Below, piece by piece: positions 21,077-30,174 of a stretch of DNA of 64,000 bases (position 1 is the stretch's first letter; every line of letters begins with the position of its first letter). The translations under genes were made by a program, and so were the position numbers. Source of the stretch: Smithella sp. M82. Its GTDB lineage: Bacteria; Desulfobacterota; Syntrophia; Syntrophales; Smithellaceae. The stretch is from NCBI GenBank assembly GCA_001683985.1, contig MAEO01000229.1:45573-109572 (forward strand), in the 5' to 3' direction. The notes under the pieces were generated by a model. The model had not been told where the DNA came from, ran no database searches, and saw only the letters and a program-made list of their open reading frames with translations.

Positions 21077-21319
21077 TACAAAATTGTTCCCCGAAAGTGA
21101 AAAAAAAAATTGAAAAATCAGTAATTCAGATATTGCTTTTATTTATAAACATTGATATATGACCGGCAGTCAAAAGGCTTGCATAATATAGCGAAGGAAA
21201 TCAAGGATGTGACAACAGTTCATCCTGAAATATAAAAGTATATCAGGGGCATTTTAAAGGAGATTTAATATAATAAAGCTTGAAGCTAAAATAGCCCCAA
21301 AAGATCGAGGAGGAATTTG

Positions 21320-21814
21320 ATGAAAGCTGAAGACACAGAGTTATTGAAAGAATTTTCAAAAGAACAAGTAAAAAAATTAAACGGCATTATCGAAAAATTT
21401 AAAGGCAAGCCGGGAGGATTAATTCCCGTATTGGAAGAAGCGCAAGTTGTCCTGGAATATCTTCCTATTTCCGTGCAGAAAAAAATTGCATCCGGGTTGA
21501 ATCTGCCGTTGAGCCGAGTTTACGGCGTTGTCACTTTTTACTCTTTTTTCACAATGACCCCCCGCGGCAAACACACCGTCCGTGTTTGTCTGGGCACTGC
21601 CTGCTATGTTCGAGGCGGCAAAGCCATCTATGAACAAATAAAGAAACAGTTTGGAATCAGCGAAGGAGAAACAACGCCGGACCGCATGTTCACATTGGAA
21701 ACGGTAAGATGTCTGGGAGCCTGCGGGCTTGGTCCTGTTGTTGTGGTGGACGAAGATGTCCACGGCCGGGTTAAACCGGGAAAAATTAAAGAAATCTTAA
21801 GTCAGTACAACTAA
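21320..21814 (+). CDS. NuoE-like [2Fe-2S] subunit of the hydrogenase (HndA/HydC-like)
   Basis: Thioredoxin-like 2Fe-2S cysteine pattern C-x4-C...C-x3-C (CLGTAC...CLGAC). ATG 21320 lies 7 nt after GAGGAGG. Confidence 0.85.
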   Translation: MKAEDTELLKEFSKEQVKKLNGIIEKFKGKPGGLIPVLEEAQVVLEYLPISVQKKIASGLNLPLSRVYGVVTFYSFFTMTPRGKHTVRVCLGTACYVRGGKAIYEQIKKQFGISEGETTPDRMFTLETVRCLGACGLGPVVVVDEDVHGRVKPGKIKEILSQYN

Positions 21815-21850
21815 TAGAATTTCTACTTTATAAAAATGGAGGAAAAGCCG

Positions 21851-22234
21851 ATGGCAAAACTAACTATTGATGATTTAAAAAAGATTAAAGAAAAAGTACA
21901 CAAAGAAATGTCTCTGCGTGACGGTAAACGTCGCGTTAAAATAACTGTTCACATGGGAACATGTGGCATCGCTTCAGGGGCAAAAGAAGTCATGAATACT
22001 CTTCTTCAGGAAATTGAAGCTGCCAAGGTAAATGACGTCGTTGTCACAACATCCGGATGCATGGGACTTTGCAGCCGCGAACCGTTGGTTACGGTTGAAG
22101 TATTAAATCAGGATCCTATTAAATACGAATATATGAATCCCAACAAAATGAGACAGGTTTTTAAAAAACATGTTTTGGAAGGAGAGATTCAGACGCCTTT
22201 TGTTCTGGCCAAAGGCTCTGAGATAATCAAATAA
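21851..22234 (+). CDS. small thioredoxin-like [2Fe-2S] ferredoxin-domain subunit (HndB-like)
   Basis: About 127 aa with the cysteine pattern MGTCGIASG...SGCMGLCSREP. The start at 21851 has a GGAGGA upstream. The ORF-track start at 21836 has none. Confidence 0.75.
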   Translation: MAKLTIDDLKKIKEKVHKEMSLRDGKRRVKITVHMGTCGIASGAKEVMNTLLQEIEAAKVNDVVVTTSGCMGLCSREPLVTVEVLNQDPIKYEYMNPNKMRQVFKKHVLEGEIQTPFVLAKGSEIIK

Positions 22235-22295
22235 TTTTTTTCGCCTGTCGTGCGCTGATAAAAGCATGATATTTCCAAAGGAGGATGTTGGCTAA

Positions 22296-25200
22296 ATGAA
22301 GGTTTTTCGTTCACACTTATTAATATGCGGAGGGACCGGTTGTCAGGCTTCGGGCAGTCCTGCCGTTAAAGAGGCTTTATTGGAAGAACTGGAAAAAAGA
22401 AAATTAACTGAAGAAATAAAAGTTGTCGAAACGGGATGCAACGGCTTCTGCGCCTTAGGTCCGATCATGGTAGCATACCCGGAAGGCGTTATTTATATTA
22501 GTTTGAAAGCGACTGACATGCCTGAACTGGTTGAGGAACACCTGATCAAAGGCAGAATCGTAAAGAGATTGTTATACAAGGAACCCGGCACGGAGAAAGC
22601 TATTCCTACCATGCAGGAAATTCCCTTTTTCGCTCATCAGGAATTACGCGTACTGAGAAACCGCGGTCTTATTGACCCGGAAAAAATCGAAGAATATATT
22701 GCCCGGGACGGTTACGCCGGCATGGCTAAAGCGCTCACGGAAATGACGCCTGAACAAATCGTCAAAGAAATGCTTGATTCAGGTTTGCGCGGCCGGGGCG
22801 GAGCAGGATTTCCCACAGGTTTAAAATGGAAATTTGCCGCCCAGTCCAAAGGCGATGTAAAATATGTGTTATGTAATGCCGACGAAGGCGATCCCGGCGC
22901 TTTCATGGATCGCAGTGTTCTGGAAGCCGATCCGCACGCTGTTCTGGAAGGAATGGTTATCGCCGCTAAAGCGATCGGTTCTTCCCAAGGTTATATTTAC
23001 TGCCGCGCTGAGTATCCACTGGCTATTCATCGTTTAAACATCGCTATCGCCCAGGCCAAAGAAGCGGGTTTGCTTGGTAAAAATATTTTAGGTACCGGCT
23101 TTGATTTTGATTTGGAAATTTATCAGGGCGCAGGAGCATTTGTTTGCGGCGAGGAAACAGCCCTGATGACTTCCATTGAAGGGAAAAGAGGCATGCCCCG
23201 TCCGAGACCTCCCTTCCCTGCCGTAGCGGGACTCTGGCAGAAACCAAGTATACTGAACAATGTGGAAACTCTGGCCAACGTCGGACAAATAATTCTGCGC
23301 GGCGCATCATGGTACGCATCCATCGGAACAGAGAAGAGTAAAGGTACAAAGGTTTTCGCTCTAACCGGTGATGTCAACAACGTCGGTCTGGTCGAGGTTC
23401 CCCTGGGTACAAAACTCGGCACTATTGTTTATGACATCGGCGGCGGTATTCCCGGAGGCAAGAAATTCAAAGCGGCTCAGTTAGGCGGTCCTTCCGGCGG
23501 CTGTATTCCCATTCAGCATTTGAACGCCCCTGTTGACTATGAAACCGTTGCCGAACTCGGCGCTATCATGGGATCCGGCGGTTTGATTGTTATGAATGAA
23601 GACAAATGCGCCGTCGATATGGCCCGGTTCTTTATGGATTTCTGCCAGGACGAATCATGCGGTAAATGCACCCCCTGTCGTGAAGGAACAAAACGCATGC
23701 TGGAAATTCTAACCAATATCACTCAAGGCAAAGGTAAAGAAGGAGACATCGAGCTTCTGGAAGAAATGGCTGTCGTCATCAAAAATGCTGCCCTTTGCGG
23801 ACTGGGACAAACCGCCCCTAATCCGGTTTTGAGCACCATTCGTTATTTCCGCAAAGAATATGAGGAACACATCCGCGATCACAAATGTCGTGCCGCAGTT
23901 TGTTCGGCAATGTTCAAATCGCCTTGTCAGCACACATGTCCTATTGGAATGGATATTCCTTCATATATCGCGCTGATCAGAGCGGAAAGATTTGAAGACG
24001 CATATAAAATTCTTCTGCAAACCAATCCCTTCCCCTCAGTTTGCGGAAGAGTATGTGATCACAAATGTCAGAGCAAATGCCGCCGCGGCAACATGGATGA
24101 GGCAATAGCCATCAAATTCCTGAAACGTTTCATTACAGACAATGCCGTACGTCCCAAGGTAGAAGCAGCGCCGGTCACCCGCAAAGAAAAGATAGCCGTT
24201 ATCGGCGCCGGTCCTGCCGGATTGACCGCAGCGCGCGATCTTGCACTACGCGGTTACAAAGTAACAGTTTTCGAAGAATTGCCCAAAGCCGGCGGTATGC
24301 TTTATTGGGGTATTCCTTCCTATCGTCTGCCGCGTAATATTCTCGATAACGAAATTGACGATATCCGCAAATTGGGAGTGGAAATCAAACTGAAAACCCG
24401 TGTCGGTAAAGATATTACTTTTGCCAAACTGCAAAAAGATTTCAATTATATCTATCTGGCCACCGGCGCCCATAAGAGTCAGAAGATGGGCGTTGAAGGC
24501 GAAAACCTGAAAAACGTTTTCGGAGGCGTGGAATTTCTGCGCGACTTCAATGCCAATGAAGGCAAATGGCTGAAAGGCGAAAAAACCCTCGGCAAGAAAG
24601 TGGCCGTAATCGGCGGTGGCAACTCCGCAATAGATGCCGCCAGAGTTGCCACGCGTCTTGGCGCCGACGTTACCATTCTTTATCGCCGCCTGAGACAGGA
24701 TATGCCGGCTGCCGAAGAAGAAATCAAAGCGGCCGAGGAAGAAGGAATCAAGATTGAACTCCTGGCAGCTCCTTTGAAAATCAAAGGAACAAAAGGAAAG
24801 GTCAGTTCGATTACCTGCCAGAGAATGGCGCTGGGCGATTTCGACAATAGCGGTCGTAAAAAACCGGTCCCGGTAGAAGGCTCCGCCTTTACCTTGAATG
24901 TTGATGCCGTCATCGCAGCTATCGGCCAGTCTCCGGATATGAGCTTTATCGACAAGAAAGCCGGCATCGAGATCAACAAGTGGAATTGCTACAACGTCGG
25001 CAACGTTTACAAATCATGCACCAACAATCCCAAATTTTTTGCCGGCGGCGATGCTGTAACCGGACCGGACACGGTCATTGGCGCTATCGCTGCAGGTCAT
25101 CAGGCGGCTGATGATATCGACTCGGCCATACGCGAAGCTAATGGCGAACGTCCTTATGAAAAACCTGAATCGGAAAAGATCGATATACCATTGATTATCG

Positions 25201-25352
25201 ATGAGGAAACTACAGAAACTCCCCAGATGGCAATGCCGGAAATGTCTGCATCCAAACGCAAGAAGACTTTTGCGGAAGTGGAACTGGGATTCAAGAAAGC
25301 GGACGCCATTAAGGAAGCATGCCGTTGCCTCAGATGCGACGCTTCTATTTAA
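22296..25352 (+). CDS. NuoF-like FMN/NADH subunit (HndC/HydB-like) fused to a GltD/NfnB-like FAD/NAD(P)H oxidoreductase domain
   Basis: 1018 aa. Domains in order:
- N-terminal 2Fe-2S thioredoxin-like domain.
- GRGGAGFPTGLKW (FMN site).
- CNADEGDPGAF.
- ESCGKCTPCREG (the N3-type 4Fe-4S site).
- From about 23880: CQHTCPIGMDIP and VCGRVCDHKCQSKC (GltD-type clusters).
- VIGAGPAGLTAA and VIGGGNSAIDAA Rossmann motifs.
- FAGGDAVTG. Confidence 0.9.
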   Translation: MKVFRSHLLICGGTGCQASGSPAVKEALLEELEKRKLTEEIKVVETGCNGFCALGPIMVAYPEGVIYISLKATDMPELVEEHLIKGRIVKRLLYKEPGTEKAIPTMQEIPFFAHQELRVLRNRGLIDPEKIEEYIARDGYAGMAKALTEMTPEQIVKEMLDSGLRGRGGAGFPTGLKWKFAAQSKGDVKYVLCNADEGDPGAFMDRSVLEADPHAVLEGMVIAAKAIGSSQGYIYCRAEYPLAIHRLNIAIAQAKEAGLLGKNILGTGFDFDLEIYQGAGAFVCGEETALMTSIEGKRGMPRPRPPFPAVAGLWQKPSILNNVETLANVGQIILRGASWYASIGTEKSKGTKVFALTGDVNNVGLVEVPLGTKLGTIVYDIGGGIPGGKKFKAAQLGGPSGGCIPIQHLNAPVDYETVAELGAIMGSGGLIVMNEDKCAVDMARFFMDFCQDESCGKCTPCREGTKRMLEILTNITQGKGKEGDIELLEEMAVVIKNAALCGLGQTAPNPVLSTIRYFRKEYEEHIRDHKCRAAVCSAMFKSPCQHTCPIGMDIPSYIALIRAERFEDAYKILLQTNPFPSVCGRVCDHKCQSKCRRGNMDEAIAIKFLKRFITDNAVRPKVEAAPVTRKEKIAVIGAGPAGLTAARDLALRGYKVTVFEELPKAGGMLYWGIPSYRLPRNILDNEIDDIRKLGVEIKLKTRVGKDITFAKLQKDFNYIYLATGAHKSQKMGVEGENLKNVFGGVEFLRDFNANEGKWLKGEKTLGKKVAVIGGGNSAIDAARVATRLGADVTILYRRLRQDMPAAEEEIKAAEEEGIKIELLAAPLKIKGTKGKVSSITCQRMALGDFDNSGRKKPVPVEGSAFTLNVDAVIAAIGQSPDMSFIDKKAGIEINKWNCYNVGNVYKSCTNNPKFFAGGDAVTGPDTVIGAIAAGHQAADDIDSAIREANGERPYEKPESEKIDIPLIIDEETTETPQMAMPEMSASKRKKTFAEVELGFKKADAIKEACRCLRCDASI

Positions 25353-25382
25353 CTTTATGTAAAAAGTAAGGAGATGTATTTT

Positions 25383-27143
25383 ATGTCAACTGTTAAATTG
25401 ACTATTGATAATAAACAAGTGGAAGCGCCTGCAGGATCTACCATTCTGGAAGCTGCCCGGAGCATCGGAATCAAAATTCCCACCCTGTGCGCCTGGACGG
25501 AAGGAAACCACACACCGGGTGCCTGCCGGGTTTGTATGACCGAAGTTGAAGGTCAGCGCTCCCTGGTTGCCGCCTGTGTTTTTCCGGTGACTGAAGGCAT
25601 GGTTATTCACACCAATACAGAAAAAGTCCGTCAGGCCAGAAAAATGGTAGTGGAGCTGCTGCTGGCCAATCATCCGCAGGAATGCAATTTCTGCGTCAGA
25701 AACGGCAACTGCGAATTGCAAAAAGTAGCTGAGTTTGTCGGACTCAAAGAAGTCCGTTTTGAATACACCAAATTCCCCAAGGAAGGGATGATCGACCGTT
25801 CCAGCCCCGCTATTGTCCGGGACAGTCGCAAATGCATCGGGTGTCACCGTTGCGTAACTGTCTGCGAACAGGTTCAGACTGTAAGTGTCTTGACCCCCGC
25901 GCACCGCGGCAGCGATGTCAAAGTGGTTCCGGCATTTGATTTGCCCCTGATTGAATCCGACTGCGTGGCTTGCGGTCAGTGCATTCTTGTCTGTCCGGTC
26001 GGCGCTATTTATGAAAAGGATGATGTTGATTTGGTTTGGAAAGCGCTGCAGGATCCGACCAAACATGTAATCGTTCAGGAAGCTCCGGCAATTCGAGCAG
26101 CTTTAGGTGAGGAATTCGGTATGCCTCCGGGAAGCCTTGTCACCGGTAAAATGATCGCTGCCCTGAGGAGATTGGGTTTTGATAAAGTTTTCGACACAAA
26201 CTTTGCCGCAGACCTCACTATTATTGAAGAAGGAAATGAACTGCTCAAAAGAGTCAAGGAAGGCGGAACCCTGCCGATGATTACATCGTGCTCTCCCGGT
26301 TGGGTCAAATTTTGCGAGCATTTTTATCCGGATCTTCTCGGAAATATCTCAACCTGCAAATCGCCGCAGCAGATGTTCGGCGCGCTTGCCAAAACATATT
26401 ATGCGGAAACAGCGGATATCGATCCGAAGGATATCGTTTCGGTATCGATTATGCCCTGCACCGCCAAAAAATTCGAAGCGCAACGCCCGGAAATGAACGG
26501 CAGTGGTTTCCGTGATATAGATTACGTTTTAACAACACGCGAACTGGGACGTATGATCAAGGAAGCCGGCCTTGATTTTGAAACTCTGGCCGATGAAGAT
26601 TATGATGCCCCGATGGGTGAATATACTGGTGCAGGAACGATATTCGGTGCCACCGGCGGTGTTATGGAAGCAGCCCTGCGTACGGTTTACGCGGTTGTCA
26701 CGGGTGAAAACCTGCCCAGTCTGGATATTACTCCTGTCCGTGGTTTGGAAGGCGTCAAGGAAGCGACTGTGGAAGTCGGTCCATTAGGAAAGGTAAAAGT
26801 GGCCGTAGCTCACGGACTGGGCAATGCCCGCAAATTATTGGACAAGATCCGTGAGGGTAAGGCTGATTATGCCTTTATCGAAATTATGTGCTGTCCCGGC
26901 GGTTGCATCTCCGGCGGCGGCGAGCCTATACCGACTAATGACGAAATTCGGATCTTGCGTTCCGGCGCTCTATATAAAGATGACGCGTCGGTTCAGAAAA
27001 ATCGCCAATCACATGAGAATGAATCCGTTAAAAAATTATATGAAAAATTCCTGAAGGAACCTCTCGGACACCAGTCTCATAAATTGTTGCACACCAAGTA
27101 TACAAATAGAGGAACAGATGTGCCTCACAGGAAAAATGGTTGA
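25383..27143 (+). CDS. [FeFe]-hydrogenase catalytic subunit (HndD/HydA-like, M3-type)
   Basis: N-terminal 2Fe-2S, His-ligated 4Fe-4S and 2x[4Fe-4S] domains. H-cluster motifs are L1 TSCSPGW (non-canonical), L2 MPCTAKKFE and L3 EIMCCPGGCISGGG. ATG 25383 has better AAGGAG spacing than 25374. Confidence 0.93.
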   Translation: MSTVKLTIDNKQVEAPAGSTILEAARSIGIKIPTLCAWTEGNHTPGACRVCMTEVEGQRSLVAACVFPVTEGMVIHTNTEKVRQARKMVVELLLANHPQECNFCVRNGNCELQKVAEFVGLKEVRFEYTKFPKEGMIDRSSPAIVRDSRKCIGCHRCVTVCEQVQTVSVLTPAHRGSDVKVVPAFDLPLIESDCVACGQCILVCPVGAIYEKDDVDLVWKALQDPTKHVIVQEAPAIRAALGEEFGMPPGSLVTGKMIAALRRLGFDKVFDTNFAADLTIIEEGNELLKRVKEGGTLPMITSCSPGWVKFCEHFYPDLLGNISTCKSPQQMFGALAKTYYAETADIDPKDIVSVSIMPCTAKKFEAQRPEMNGSGFRDIDYVLTTRELGRMIKEAGLDFETLADEDYDAPMGEYTGAGTIFGATGGVMEAALRTVYAVVTGENLPSLDITPVRGLEGVKEATVEVGPLGKVKVAVAHGLGNARKLLDKIREGKADYAFIEIMCCPGGCISGGGEPIPTNDEIRILRSGALYKDDASVQKNRQSHENESVKKLYEKFLKEPLGHQSHKLLHTKYTNRGTDVPHRKNG

Positions 27144-27173
27144 TTTTTTTCGATAAAATCCATTGATATTAAA

Positions 27174-27212
27174 GGGGTTTGCTTCAACCGGAGCAAACCT
27201 CTTTATTTTTAT
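27174..27212 (+). terminator. putative intrinsic terminator after the hydrogenase structural operon
   Basis: GGTTTGCT, an 8-nt loop, AGCAAACC, then CTTTATTTTTATT. Confidence 0.55.
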
Positions 27213-27221
27213 TCCCCATAC

Positions 27222-28613
27222 ATGGCCATTATGAATGAAAAAAGAATCGAACATGATTTTTTAGGATCGTTAGAAATTTCTGAAAATGTTTACTGGGGAA
27301 TTCACACCCAGAGAGCCATTAACAATTTTCAGATCAGCAATGCAAAAGTTCACTGTTTGTTGATTCGCGGACTGGCAATGGTTAAAAAAGCATCCTGCAT
27401 GGCTAATGCTGAAAACGGTTATCTTTCAGAAGCCAAAGCAAGCGCTATTGCCGCCGCCTGCGAAGAAATTATTACCGGAGGACTTGCCGATCAATTTCCG
27501 GTTGACGCTCTTCAAGGAGGAGCGGGAACATCGACCAACATGAATCTCAATGAAGTAATCGCCAACCGCGCCATAGAAATACTCGGCGGACGTAAAGGCG
27601 ATTATACAATTATTCATCCTCTGGAAGATGTGAATCTGCATCAATCAACGAATGATGTTTACCCAACGGCCATTAAAATTGCCGGAATTATCGCTTTGCG
27701 GCAACTTGCACAAGTCGTCGCACATCTGCAAGGCGCATTTCAGGAAAAAGAAAAGGTCTTCAGCGAAATAGTTAAGATAGGACGAACAGAGCTGCAGGAA
27801 GCAGTTCCCGTTACATTGGGCGCCGAGTTTTCCGCTTTTGCCGAAGCCTTTACACGAGATCGCTGGCGCGCATTCAAATGCGAGGAACGTTTACGTGTGG
27901 TCAATCTCGGCGGCGCAGCTGTCGGCACCGGCCTCACTGCGCCGCGAAATTATATTTTTTTAGTCATTGAAAAATTAAGGGAAGTAACCGGTCTTGGCCT
28001 TTCCCGTGGGGAAAATATTATGGGAGAAACGGCCAACGCTGATGCTTACGTCGAGGTCTCCGGCATTCTCAAGGCTCATGCCGTCAACCTGATTAAAATT
28101 TCCAACGATCTGCGTCTGATGAATCTTCTCGGAGAAATAAAACTCCCGCAATTACAGGCCGGATCCTCCATCATGCCCGGCAAAGTAAATCCTGTTTTGG
28201 CGGAAGCAGCGATTCAAGCCGGCATGAAGGTCATTGCCAATGACGGTATCATAACCGAAGCCGTTACCCGTGGCACACTCCAAATTAATGAATTTCTGCC
28301 GCTCCTGGCGCAGGCGCTGCTGGAATCCCTGGATTTGTTAATCAACATTGACACGCTTTTGGTAAAGTATATAAAGGGCATCGTAGCCGACGAAAAAATA
28401 TGTGCGCAATATTTCGACCACAGTCCGACGATTATCACGGCTCTTCTTCCCTCAATAGGTTATGAAAAGGCAACTCAACTAATTATCGAGTTTTCTACAG
28501 GCAAAGAAAAGAATATGCGTTTATTTTTAGAACAGAAACTGGGCAAGAAGACAGTGGATAAATATTTATCTCCCTGTCAATTAACATCCCTGGGCTATAA
28601 AGACAATGGATAA
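27222..28613 (+). CDS. aspartate ammonia-lyase / class II fumarase superfamily protein
   Basis: 463 aa with the signature GSSIMPGKVNP (SS loop). It is translationally coupled to hydF by an 8-nt overlap. Confidence 0.85.
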   Translation: MAIMNEKRIEHDFLGSLEISENVYWGIHTQRAINNFQISNAKVHCLLIRGLAMVKKASCMANAENGYLSEAKASAIAAACEEIITGGLADQFPVDALQGGAGTSTNMNLNEVIANRAIEILGGRKGDYTIIHPLEDVNLHQSTNDVYPTAIKIAGIIALRQLAQVVAHLQGAFQEKEKVFSEIVKIGRTELQEAVPVTLGAEFSAFAEAFTRDRWRAFKCEERLRVVNLGGAAVGTGLTAPRNYIFLVIEKLREVTGLGLSRGENIMGETANADAYVEVSGILKAHAVNLIKISNDLRLMNLLGEIKLPQLQAGSSIMPGKVNPVLAEAAIQAGMKVIANDGIITEAVTRGTLQINEFLPLLAQALLESLDLLINIDTLLVKYIKGIVADEKICAQYFDHSPTIITALLPSIGYEKATQLIIEFSTGKEKNMRLFLEQKLGKKTVDKYLSPCQLTSLGYKDNG

Positions 28614-29859
28614 CACACCTAAAGGAAACCGGCTGCACATTGCACTAATGGGACGCACCAATGTCGGCAAATCCAGCCTGCTGAATTTAATGCTTGGTCA
28701 GGACATTGCCATCACCTCACCTGTAGCCGGAACAACAACCGATGTTGTGGAGAAGGCTATGGAGCTCTTGCCGCTTGGTCCTGTTTTATTTCTGGACACG
28801 GCCGGGCTGGATGATGTTTCGGAACTCTCAGATGCAAGGCTTAAGAAAACGACTAAAATTTTTGACCGTGCTGACGTTATAATTCTGGTAATCGAACCCG
28901 ATATCTGGACAAAATACGAAGATGCCGTTCTGGCCAAATCCAAAGAACGTAAAATACCAATTTTGACTGTTATCAATAAAATTGATTTACGTCAGCCTTC
29001 CCCTGCCTGGTTAAAGATGATTACTGAAAAAACAGGACCGGTTTTGATGGTTTCCTGCAGTGATGAAAAACAACGTGAGATTTATCTTGACGCATTAAAA
29101 CAGCAATTACTGGAAAAAGCGCCGGCCGATTTTATCGGCACACCATCGCTGATTGGCGATCTTCTGCCACCTGGAGGTTTGGCTGTTTTAGTTGTTCCGA
29201 TTGACTTGCAGGCGCCTAAGGGCAGATTGATTCTGCCGCAGGTTCAAACTATTCGTGATGCGCTCGATAATGACGCTATGGCGCTTGTAGTTAAGGAAAG
29301 AGAACTCGCCGCTGCGCTAGTCAATCTGAAAAATCCACCGGCGATCGTGGTAACTGATTCTCAGGCCATTCTCAAAGTCACAGCTGATGTTCCTGAAAAT
29401 ATTCCTGTCACAACATTCTCCATATTATTTGCCAGACAGAAATCGGAACTGGCGGTCATGGCCGCAGGCGCGGCAGCAATAGATATATTGCAACCCGGCG
29501 ACCGCGTATTAATCGCAGAAGCCTGTTCTCATCACGCGCTGGAAGACGATATCGGCCGGGTAAAAATCCCCCGCTGGCTTCGCCAATATATCGGAGGAGA
29601 CTTACAAATCGATGTTTCCTCCGGACGGGATTATCCGGATGACTTAAAAAAATATAAATTGATAATACACTGCGGTGCCTGCATGATTAATCGCCGGGAA
29701 ATGCTCAACCGTTTGCGCAAAGCGCAGGAAGAAGGCGTCCCTATCACCAATTACGGCATAGCGATTTCTTTTTTGCAGGGAGTAATCCGCAGAAGCCTTG
29801 CACCCTTCCCTTCCGCACTGGAAGTTTTCGAAAAACGAACGAAGGATAGAAGCAGATAG
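28606..29859 (+). CDS. hydF: [FeFe]-hydrogenase maturation GTPase HydF
   Basis: P-loop GRTNVGKSSLLN, and C-terminal cluster-binding CSHH...HCGAC (CxHx(n)HCxxC). Confidence 0.92.
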   Translation: MDNTPKGNRLHIALMGRTNVGKSSLLNLMLGQDIAITSPVAGTTTDVVEKAMELLPLGPVLFLDTAGLDDVSELSDARLKKTTKIFDRADVIILVIEPDIWTKYEDAVLAKSKERKIPILTVINKIDLRQPSPAWLKMITEKTGPVLMVSCSDEKQREIYLDALKQQLLEKAPADFIGTPSLIGDLLPPGGLAVLVVPIDLQAPKGRLILPQVQTIRDALDNDAMALVVKERELAAALVNLKNPPAIVVTDSQAILKVTADVPENIPVTTFSILFARQKSELAVMAAGAAAIDILQPGDRVLIAEACSHHALEDDIGRVKIPRWLRQYIGGDLQIDVSSGRDYPDDLKKYKLIIHCGACMINRREMLNRLRKAQEEGVPITNYGIAISFLQGVIRRSLAPFPSALEVFEKRTKDRSR

Positions 29860-30174
29860 ATTATTTATATCTGTTTCTGCCGTCATCTGCAAATTTAAAT
29901 ACATCTTTACAGCAGGAAATATTTAAAGCTGTCATCGACGGAGATGAGGAAAAAGCAGCACAGAGCGCCAAAAAATTTCTACAAAGAGGATTGTCATTAA
30001 TTAAATCTATCACTTCGAATATGGATACGAATGAGGATTCGGGAAACCGGAATACATCTGATTTTCGATTATTATAAGAAAAAAAGGCTTAATACGGAAA
30101 AACGGGGTTTAAAACAGGTCAATCCTCTAGTGAAAACGATGGTATATATTGATAAAAATTCAGAAGGCTGAAAG

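Noticed and set aside
25386-26066. 226-aa ORF antisense to hydA. Similar antisense ORFs lie inside the AddAB-like genes (37340..37927, 39002..39577, 41635..42342) and the MFS gene (35996..36433).
   Set aside because: They lie entirely within well-supported genes on the opposite strand, and I see no motifs or ribosome-binding sites. I treat them as spurious.
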